Shown here piece by piece: positions 1 to 6,010 of a stretch of DNA of 26,432 nt. The position numbers and the translations under genes were made by a program. Source of the stretch: a virus (Duplodnaviria; Caudoviricetes); the IMG/VR virus record IMGVR_UViG_3300017747_003845, positions 1 to 26,432 of that record; one strand, 5' to 3'. Every line of letters begins with the position of its first letter. The first letter of the stretch is position 1. The notes beneath the pieces were generated by a model. The model saw only the letters and a list, made by a program, of their open reading frames with translations, made no database searches and had not been told where the DNA came from.

Positions 1-809
1 AACCATTCGCGGCATTGTTCGACTCGCTGATAAATATTGTTTATTAACGCTTCATCGCGGTCAACTTTGAACCGAACTATTCGCTCTCGGATAGGAATTT
101 CATCAAAGGTCATGTTGTTTTCAAGACGTGCGATTACTTTCTTGTAGTCAGCGTTCTCTTCGGTGGCCGGATTCATGGTACGGAAGATACGATTCTTTTC
201 TCCGTTGATGATTTCTTGTGGCATATTTACAAGAACGTAGCATACTTCGGCAGTTTTAGCTCCAGTAAGAGCCATATACCCTTGCACTTGATAGAAATAC
301 AATAGGTTTAATGGGGAACCTATGTTACTCAATAGGCTTGCACCATCCCATGAGGATTTTATGTCAATGATTTTGTCGATGTTACCATCTTGGGAACTTA
401 CGATAATGTCTGGTTCGCCAGTTAAGTACTCGTTTTGGAATCGTTGCTCGTTTTTTGAGTAGAACACATCGTCTATTCGGCTCAAAAGCATGATGGATTC
501 GTCTTCAACTGAGCGTCCTTTGATGGTATATCGGCTTCTTTCACTACCACCTACTGATTCTTTACCGTACTTGTAGTACATGTAAACCTCTTTGAGGTAA
601 GTTTTGCAGGTATCTGATAATGATGGAGTTGCATCCTTCTTCTCAAGTAAAACTTGCAGTGTTTCTTCTTGCTTTTCGGTACGTTTTTCTATATTTTGCA
701 AACGCTCAAGCTCGGAAGCTTGTTTTTCAGTAAGAACAGACCCACGGCCATTGGCCATAATCTTTCCGATGCAACTGCAACGGATGAAAGTATTATTCCA
801 GTTTGACAT
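1..809 (-). CDS. YqaJ/lambda-exonuclease-like PD-(D/E)XK recombination exonuclease (3' end runs off the window)
   Basis: Absent from the ORF track because it is truncated. Manual translation from ATG at 809 gives MSNWNNTFIRCSCIGKIM...KGRSVEDE...LTGEPDII...IIDIKSSWD...YQVQGYM, the typical YqaJ-family motifs. It lies directly downstream of an annealing-protein gene. Confidence 0.85.
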   Translation of the reverse strand, partial: MSNWNNTFIRCSCIGKIMANGRGSVLTEKQASELERLQNIEKRTEKQEETLQVLLEKKDATPSLSDTCKTYLKEVYMYYKYGKESVGGSERSRYTIKGRSVEDESIMLLSRIDDVFYSKNEQRFQNEYLTGEPDIIVSSQDGNIDKIIDIKSSWDGASLLSNIGSPLNLLYFYQVQGYMALTGAKTAEVCYVLVNMPQEIINGEKNRIFRTMNPATEENADYKKVIARLENNMTFDEIPIRERIVRFKVDRDEALINNIYQRVEQCREW

Positions 810-839
810 TTTTAATGTTTTTGTAAAGTAATAGTTTTA

Positions 840-1532
840 TTACCCGATAGATTTAGCTGTTTTTGCTAATTCTCTTAGCCTATTTTCGTATAAATCTCGT
901 ATTTCATTAGAAGTTTTCTTATCGTAAACTACTAATCTGTACGATTTTAGCTCATCGTAACTTTTGCATGATATAAGTTGCTTGGTAAACTGAAATGTAA
1001 ACTCCTCTGGGGTGAGTTTTACTTCTGTTGGCTCAAGAACTTCTGCTTCTTCGACAGTTTTATTGAGATACTTGCCAAATAAGCCGCCGAGTTGCTTCAA
1101 AGCGTTCTTTACAGCCATTGAAGAAGCTTTTGGAGTGGCTAATTCCAGTAACGTGATGTCATTGCAGGGAACTGTTGCGATTCCATACAGGAATTTAGAT
1201 GATTCATCAGCATTATGCATACGGCAAAAATATTCGACGCTTACAGTGGCTGCAAATCGCCCGTTTTTATCTTGGTCTATACGGTAATCTCTTATCTTAA
1301 TCTGTCCTTTATGGCCAAATATGCGCGTTACACAGGCTTCCATGATATCTAGGGGAAGTGCCTTGAATGTTTCACCGGGTCTGGCCTTGGAGGGAAGTTC
1401 TATAATCCAACTAGAAGGTGGCTCGGAAGCTTCAATAACGTCGTAAATTTCATCGAATTGCTCTTCCTTAACTAGTTTGTCAATCTTGGAGAATACCTTG
1501 TCTCCAAGCTTCAATTGCTCTTGAATGCTCAT
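840..1532 (-). CDS. Rad52/Sak-like single-strand annealing protein (phage recombinase)
   Basis: C-terminal motif PKASSMAVKNALKQLGGLFGKYLN resembles the Rad52/22 'KxAxSxAxKxAxxxxGxxxGxxL' helix. It is paired with an exonuclease in a Red-like arrangement. Confidence 0.7.
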   Translation of the reverse strand: MSIQEQLKLGDKVFSKIDKLVKEEQFDEIYDVIEASEPPSSWIIELPSKARPGETFKALPLDIMEACVTRIFGHKGQIKIRDYRIDQDKNGRFAATVSVEYFCRMHNADESSKFLYGIATVPCNDITLLELATPKASSMAVKNALKQLGGLFGKYLNKTVEEAEVLEPTEVKLTPEEFTFQFTKQLISCKSYDELKSYRLVVYDKKTSNEIRDLYENRLRELAKTAKSIG

Positions 1533-1554
1533 GGTTAAATTGTTTTAGGTATTG

Positions 1555-1587
1555 CAAATGTAGGGAAGTAGACACTCAACTTCCAAA
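1555..1587 (-). promoter_or_regulatory. Bacteroidota sigma-A-type promoter for the recombination operon
   Basis: Minus strand TTTG-N21-TACATTTG matches TTTG-N19-21-TAnnTTTG. The spacer contains the inverted repeat GGAAGT-N9-ACTTCC. Confidence 0.75.
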
Positions 1588-1599
1588 TATTTTTTTACC

Positions 1600-1633
1600 A
1601 AAAAAAGAGCCCCCTGTAGAAACAGGCGGCCCC
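1600..1633 (-). terminator. Intrinsic terminator with CUGU-UUCU-ACAG top
   Basis: Minus strand GGGCCGCCTGT-TTCT-ACAGGGGGCTC followed by T7. Confidence 0.8.
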
Positions 1634-1670
1634 ATTACCTAAAACATTAAACAATGAAAACAACTGCATA
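1600..1670 (-). ncRNA. Candidate small antisense RNA (about 70 nt) against translation-initiation regions
   Basis: A -7-like box TACCTTTA (1672-1679) precedes a U-rich body UUGUUUUCAUUGUUUAAUGUUUUAGGUA, then a terminator hairpin and U7. The body has 16-nt perfect complementarity to 2199-2214. Confidence 0.5.
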
Positions 1671-1811
1671 GTAAAGGTACTGAATTTTTAGGGTCTGGCG
1701 CAGTGTTGATGGAGACCCCGTAAAAAATCGGGCGGTCAAATTTTCGGGGTTTAACAAAACCTTAACTGGGTGGCCTATACTTTTCTGATTCCGAATTCGT
1801 TGCATCACATT

Positions 1812-2110
1812 TGCCATACGATGCGTGTATGGTGTGGTGGGTAGTGGGTAGGGCATGGGCGGTCTCGCTCCCGTTCACGCTCCTGTATGTGGATGCCATA
1901 GGTATGTGGTGTGGGTGGGGAAGTGGTGAGGGTATGGGTATACCTTGGCTCTCTGCCATATGGTAGGGGATTGAGGTATGGGGTGGGAAGTGGAGGGGCG
2001 GGGTCGGGGTCAGGATGCCAAGGGTCAGGGGGTGGGGCGGGGTGGGGCGGGGTGGGGCGGGGTGTTGTCTCTCTCTATATATATGTTTGTGATTATAGGG
2101 GGGAAGTGGT
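1812..2110 (+). repeat. G-rich, strand-skewed non-coding island with phased TGCCA(T/A) motifs and a G-quadruplex motif
   Basis: TGCCATA at 1812, 1894 and 1954, and TGCCAAG at 2016. GGAAGTGG at 1919, 1986 and 2102. (GGTGGGGCGG)x3 at 2031-2060 gives seven G>=4 tracts with 1-nt loops over 2028-2062. Confidence 0.85.
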
Positions 2111-2112
2111 GG

Positions 2113-2140
2113 TGCATGAAATTTTCGGAAAATTCATGCA
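2113..2140. promoter_or_regulatory. Near-perfect palindrome, candidate operator
   Basis: TGCATGAAATTTTC-G-GAAAATTCATGCA (one extra A), about 25 bp upstream of the HTH gene promoter. Confidence 0.5.
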
Positions 2141-2164
2141 TTAACAAATCTTTAGTACAAATTA

Positions 2165-2195
2165 TTTGTTTTTGGATTAAACATTTTTATTTTTG
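2165..2195 (+). promoter_or_regulatory. Bacteroidota promoter for the HTH gene
   Basis: TTTG(2165)-N19-TATTTTTG(2188-2195). Confidence 0.7.
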
Positions 2196-2210
2196 CTTAA
2201 ACATTAAACA

Positions 2211-2423
2211 ATGACAAAATTTAAAGAGCTACCTTCTGATGTCGATTTGAGTATTTGGGTTACCCAAAAGGCTTTAGCAGATGAGCTGAACAGAACTGTA
2301 CATGTAGTACACAATTGGGTTCAAAGAGGTAAAATTGAATGGGGCTTCCTTCCCGGCAGCACACTCAAGTTAGTAAACAAAAATACCGTATCAGTTAACT
2401 TTAGCCACCACAAAAACAAATAA
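2211..2423 (+). CDS. Small helix-turn-helix DNA-binding protein (excisionase/Cro-like)
   Basis: WVTQKALADELNRTVHVVHNWVQRGKI is a classic HTH/winged-HTH pattern. It has its own promoter and an A-rich start region. Confidence 0.75.
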   Translation: MTKFKELPSDVDLSIWVTQKALADELNRTVHVVHNWVQRGKIEWGFLPGSTLKLVNKNTVSVNFSHHKNK

Positions 2424-2460
2424 ATATGCTGGAGCGTGTTTTCTGATTGCAAACAGCAAA

Positions 2461-2718
2461 CTATTTTATCTCAACCCACCTAAAATCATTGTCCCAAAGG
2501 AAACGAGCAGTTCTGCTTGATTCTTTTCGGACTTTGGTTTCTGACCAATCTGGATGCTTAATGTGGTAGAATTCGTGGATAATGTACAACAAGTGCCTAT
2601 ACCCCTCTAGTTTTGTATCTAATTCAATCGTATTTCTTGTAGTATCAGCTAAACCATACGCCTTTTCTTTTCCTAATGGTCTGTAAATGACCTTGGTTTT
2701 TTTGTAGGCGCGTGGCAT
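2461..2718 (-). CDS. Small HExxH zincin-like (putative metallopeptidase-domain) protein
   Basis: AYGLA...IELD...LLYIIHEFYH motif typical of phage minimal zincins. Confidence 0.6.
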   Translation of the reverse strand: MPRAYKKTKVIYRPLGKEKAYGLADTTRNTIELDTKLEGYRHLLYIIHEFYHIKHPDWSETKVRKESSRTARFLWDNDFRWVEIK

Positions 2719-2719
2719 G

Positions 2720-2905
2720 TCAGAGTTTTTTTATAGCTGCTTTTAAGTATATACACTTATCTAAACATTCTTCATAGGCTTCTTGGAGCCAATTTTTTAG
2801 TTCATAATCTTCACGGTCTACGGTTGTACCGTATGTTTCCAATCCCTTCTTTTCCCTAGATACTAGGTCATCTATTACCTCCTGTAGAATCTTACTCTTC
2901 GTCAT
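2720..2905 (-). CDS. Conserved phage protein (KGxxxYGTTxDRxD...WLxxAxEE family, possibly all-alpha NTP-pyrophosphatase-like)
   Basis: Motif REKKGLETYGTTVDREDYELKNWLQEAYEECLDKCIYL. Start is uncertain among several ATGs (2905-2923). Confidence 0.6.
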   Translation of the reverse strand: MTKSKILQEVIDDLVSREKKGLETYGTTVDREDYELKNWLQEAYEECLDKCIYLKAAIKKL

Positions 2906-3185
2906 CATCATAATCATCTTCATTTTTTAGGTGTTCTAGGGAAGTGATGAATTGAGACATGTCATCGTAGCTTTCCCGGATTAAAATCTCTTCGCCCCCG
3001 TACAATCTAACCTTACACTCATCATCGTTTTCCGGGGTCTCGATAACCCTCTCAATATCATCAAAATGGACATTAACCCTTCTCGTACAATATCTACGTT
3101 TTACTGGCAAACCAAGACGCTCAAGCGTGTCGTCTTCATTAGCAGACTCAACGTATTTTTCTATTAACTCTATCCTTAGCCCCAT
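2892..3185 (-). CDS. Hypothetical protein with FlbD/SwrD-like C-terminal pattern and acidic tail
   Basis: DDIERVIETP...CKVRLYGGEEILIRESYDDM resembles the 'IExIEETP..xITLxxGxxxxVxESxEEV' pattern. ATG at 3185 lies 3 nt after TAAATTTG (3189-3196). Confidence 0.55.
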   Translation of the reverse strand: MGLRIELIEKYVESANEDDTLERLGLPVKRRYCTRRVNVHFDDIERVIETPENDDECKVRLYGGEEILIRESYDDMSQFITSLEHLKNEDDYDDDEE

Positions 3186-3204
3186 ATTCAAATTTAATCA
3201 TTTC

Positions 3205-4212
3205 TTATAGGACTTTACCCTTAAATATGCGCTTGTTCCTAACTTCAAACCCATCTTCGGCAGAATCGATGATGGCAAATCCGTGGTTCCACTTATTTAT
3301 CGGGGAATATGCGGGATGAAGTTCACTCAAACACCCTGTAGACCAAGTAGTTGTAATCTTCCCGTTCATATCGCTTTCAGTGTGCTCTGATGTCTGGTGG
3401 TTATGGCCCTGAATAGCTGATGTCTTAGCACGTAAGAATAAACCCCTAGCCACGTTTACTGGGCTGAAAAACCCGCTTGAAAACTCATGCCCATGAATAA
3501 TATTCAATCCGTTAAGATTGATTATTTTTTTATCTGTTACAAATTCTATCCCTTCCGCCCGGGCTTTAATGATATTTTCAAAGTCAAATTCAGATACATC
3601 TGTAAGTTCAGCGGCTTTAGTCCACAAGAAATGCTGATACCGTTCTTCGTGATTTCCCACTTTAAATATAATTCTTGAGCTTGGGAAAATACGCTTCAAA
3701 ATGTCCATAAACTGCTTAAACGCATTTAATTCATGTGAAACACTGCGTTTTTTAGGGTCTCTTACAAACCTAGATAAACCATGAAAATCAAGAGTATCTC
3801 CATTAAGAAGGATACAATCAGGATTTTCATTTTCCGCAAATTCAAGAGCGGCAGTAAGTGCAGCAATCGAATGATATGGTATATGTATGTCAGACAAAAG
3901 CAGAACCCGTTTAGCATTTAAGATAAACGGGTCGTAATTTGTTTCGTCACTTTCGGGAAGCGCATACTTGTTTGAACTTCTATGTTTTTCCATATAATAT
4001 GGCGAATTTTTTATGTGTTCCTTTTTAGATTTTCCACCAGCCTTCCCTTCTATATATCTAAGAGCAACTCTAGCATCTTCTTTGTCTTTAAATAAAAGAT
4101 TATTCTCTTCATACATTATTTTAGCAAGCTTAGACGTTTGCATATCAATGCCATATTTATCTCGGTAACTTCTGGCACAGTCAAGCCTTGTGCTTTTCAT
4201 AGGTTGTCCCAT
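3205..4212 (-). CDS. Calcineurin-like metallophosphoesterase with N-terminal extension
   Basis: Motifs SDIH, NGDTLD, GNHE, HGH and GHNH are present in the canonical order. Confidence 0.9.
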   Translation of the reverse strand: MGQPMKSTRLDCARSYRDKYGIDMQTSKLAKIMYEENNLLFKDKEDARVALRYIEGKAGGKSKKEHIKNSPYYMEKHRSSNKYALPESDETNYDPFILNAKRVLLLSDIHIPYHSIAALTAALEFAENENPDCILLNGDTLDFHGLSRFVRDPKKRSVSHELNAFKQFMDILKRIFPSSRIIFKVGNHEERYQHFLWTKAAELTDVSEFDFENIIKARAEGIEFVTDKKIINLNGLNIIHGHEFSSGFFSPVNVARGLFLRAKTSAIQGHNHQTSEHTESDMNGKITTTWSTGCLSELHPAYSPINKWNHGFAIIDSAEDGFEVRNKRIFKGKVL

Positions 4213-4229
4213 GTCTGTTGTTTAATAAA

Positions 4230-4261
4230 CGAAACTACAAACCAAATTTCAAATAAACAAA
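4230..4261 (-). promoter_or_regulatory. Bacteroidota promoter for the phosphoesterase operon
   Basis: Minus strand TTTG-N20-TAGTTTCG, one mismatch to TAnnTTTG, immediately after a terminator. Confidence 0.6.
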
Positions 4262-4269
4262 TTTTTGAC

Positions 4270-4300
4270 AAAAAACCCCCGCTGTAGAAACAGCAGGGGG
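4270..4300 (-). terminator. Intrinsic terminator of the replication operon, with the same CUGU-UUCU-ACAG top as 1614-1625
   Basis: Minus strand CCCCC(T)GCTGT-TTCT-ACAGCGGGGG followed by T6. Confidence 0.85.
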
Positions 4301-4326
4301 AGTTAACCAAAAAACAAACACTATCT

Positions 4327-4641
4327 TTATGTGTCAATTATGCCATAGCTATACTTTGATTCGGTATTATATATCCCTTTATATTCGGCTTTAGGTCTTT
4401 TAAAAGCTGTTGGATTACAATTTGATATTTGCTCATCTAATTTACTTTCAATTGCATCATAATCATAATCATCTGTTATTTCGGGGGAAATAATGAGATA
4501 ACATCTATAGAAAGCCTTGGCATATTTTCTTCTCCAATCGTTTATTATGTTTTTTCTTTTTACCCTGTCATGGTATTTTTTTACTGAAATTGGCGCATTA
4601 GTATCTGAATCGTATAAATAAATTAATCCCTTACTCGACAT
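4327..4641 (-). CDS. Hypothetical phage protein
   Basis: 104-aa ORF in a tightly packed operon, overlapping the upstream stop. Confidence 0.7.
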   Translation of the reverse strand: MSSKGLIYLYDSDTNAPISVKKYHDRVKRKNIINDWRRKYAKAFYRCYLIISPEITDDYDYDAIESKLDEQISNCNPTAFKRPKAEYKGIYNTESKYSYGIIDT

Positions 4642-4960
4642 CTGTTATATTCTTTTTTAATACTTGAATTATTTCATCTAATGAATCTTCTGATAATCCA
4701 AAAACTGTGTCAAACAATTCAGCCATCATCATTACCTCATTACCATTAAATTCTTTTTTGAATATTTCTCGGTAAACATCCGTGCTGTACTGATTATGTA
4801 AGAACCAATTTTCTACAGATTGAACAGATTTAATTACCAAATTAACCCTATGACGTAAGTCATATTTTGTTGAATCAAGCATTTGCCTAGCCCCATATTC
4901 AGCAATTATACAACCTATAATCATTTTTTTTATTGCTGATACTGCATTTCGTTGTTCCAT
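4631..4960 (-). CDS. Hypothetical phage protein
   Basis: 109-aa ORF with operon packing. Confidence 0.7.
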   Translation of the reverse strand: MEQRNAVSAIKKMIIGCIIAEYGARQMLDSTKYDLRHRVNLVIKSVQSVENWFLHNQYSTDVYREIFKKEFNGNEVMMMAELFDTVFGLSEDSLDEIIQVLKKNITDVE

Positions 4961-4964
4961 GTTA

Positions 4965-5192
4965 TTAATGTATTTTAATTAAGGTAAATCTCTTTATCAA
5001 TACCAATTCATCTTTTTTAACGTCATCAAAAATGTCAGGTATTAGCCTTATTCTTTTTGGAACTGGTATAAGCTTACCATCCTTATAAATACATTTAACA
5101 CCAACCAACACTTCTTCTCCATCAGTTAACTCAATAGTCCCTTTAGCTTCAACAGCTATGGCTTTGCCTTCTGGTAATTCGGAAAGTTTCAT
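4965..5192 (-). CDS. Hypothetical phage protein
   Basis: 75-aa ORF with A-rich start region (AATAATACAATG). Confidence 0.65.
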   Translation of the reverse strand: MKLSELPEGKAIAVEAKGTIELTDGEEVLVGVKCIYKDGKLIPVPKRIRLIPDIFDDVKKDELVLIKRFTLIKIH

Positions 5193-5203
5193 TGTATTAT
5201 TTT

Positions 5204-5524
5204 TTAAAATGGCAAATCAGATTCGTTCGGTAAAATGTTGTTTAAGTCCGAATTGCTGATAGTTGATTGTGAAGTCTTTTTTTCAATCGGCTTAAAATTA
5301 CCAATATAAACCTTACCTTCTTTGTCTTTAACTTCTTTTTTAGAGTTTAGCTGAACAGAATGGCTGTTGTTGTATTTGTCAAGCTCTGAGTTTTCCCATA
5401 GCAAAACATTACAATAAATCTTACCATTGCTGGCTACTTTAATAAACGAACTGTGTCCGTTCTTTAATTGTTCTAACAAATCTGTTACGCAAATGCTTCC
5501 TGAATAAAGTTTGTTCTCTTTCAT
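5204..5524 (-). CDS. Putative single-stranded DNA-binding protein (Bacteroidota phage type)
   Basis: Beta-rich core (NGKIYCNVLLW...DKYNN...KVYIGN) and an SSB-type C-terminal DLPF tail, within the replication operon. The ATG at 5524 has an A-rich leader. Confidence 0.6.
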   Translation of the reverse strand: MKENKLYSGSICVTDLLEQLKNGHSSFIKVASNGKIYCNVLLWENSELDKYNNSHSVQLNSKKEVKDKEGKVYIGNFKPIEKKTSQSTISNSDLNNILPNESDLPF

Positions 5525-5534
5525 TTTTGTTTTT

Positions 5535-5753
5535 TTAATTATTATTATCAATTGTTAATCCAAGCTCAGATATAAGTGTTTGCACAATAGGGAAATCATG
5601 GATGATTTTCGTGGCTTGCAAGTTAATCTTAAATATCTTCTTAGCCATATCATCTGACACTTCCCCCTCTACACCAGTTATTAGGTTCTTATATTTATTA
5701 CCACCTAAATACTGGTATAACTGATTATTTTGTATGTTTCTAACTATTGCCAT
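5535..5753 (-). CDS. Hypothetical phage protein
   Basis: ATG at 5753 overlaps the TGA of the upstream gene (TGATG coupling). Confidence 0.65.
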   Translation of the reverse strand: MAIVRNIQNNQLYQYLGGNKYKNLITGVEGEVSDDMAKKIFKINLQATKIIHDFPIVQTLISELGLTIDNNN

Positions 5754-6007
5754 CAAAAGTAATCTTCGCAAAGAATAGGTGTCATATCTCCAAAATGAGA
5801 ACCAGCAATGTTAAATTCATAGAATTCTACAGCATCTTCTTCGCTCATGTCATTCTTTAGATTTTTAATTATTTCATTTACAGAATAAATAAGCCTCATT
5901 GATTTCAAATCAACACCAATGACCGCATTATCATGACCGTCAATTTTCAAAAACGTATCATCATCAAAAGCATTCAAAATCGTTTCAAGCATTTTTTCCT
6001 TTTTCAT
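5753..6007 (-). CDS. Conserved phage hypothetical protein (DGxDxAxIG...AxEFxEFNxxGxxxGxxTP family)
   Basis: Motif pattern common in aquatic phages; function unknown. Confidence 0.7.
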   Translation of the reverse strand: MKKEKMLETILNAFDDDTFLKIDGHDNAVIGVDLKSMRLIYSVNEIIKNLKNDMSEEDAVEFYEFNIAGSHFGDMTPILCEDYF

Positions 6008-6010
6008 TTT

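Noticed and set aside
1595-1669. 24-codon minus-strand ORF MQLFSLFNVLGNGAACFYRGLFFW in the sRNA cassette
   Set aside because: It runs through the terminator hairpin and U-tract, so its stop codon would lie beyond the transcript end. A toxin-peptide role cannot be strictly excluded.
1647-2214. ORFs 1647-1856, 1762-1959, 1911-2144 and 1978-2214 across the G-rich island
   Set aside because: Low-complexity G/W/V or P/H/T translations produced by base skew; no A-rich start context; mutually overlapping.
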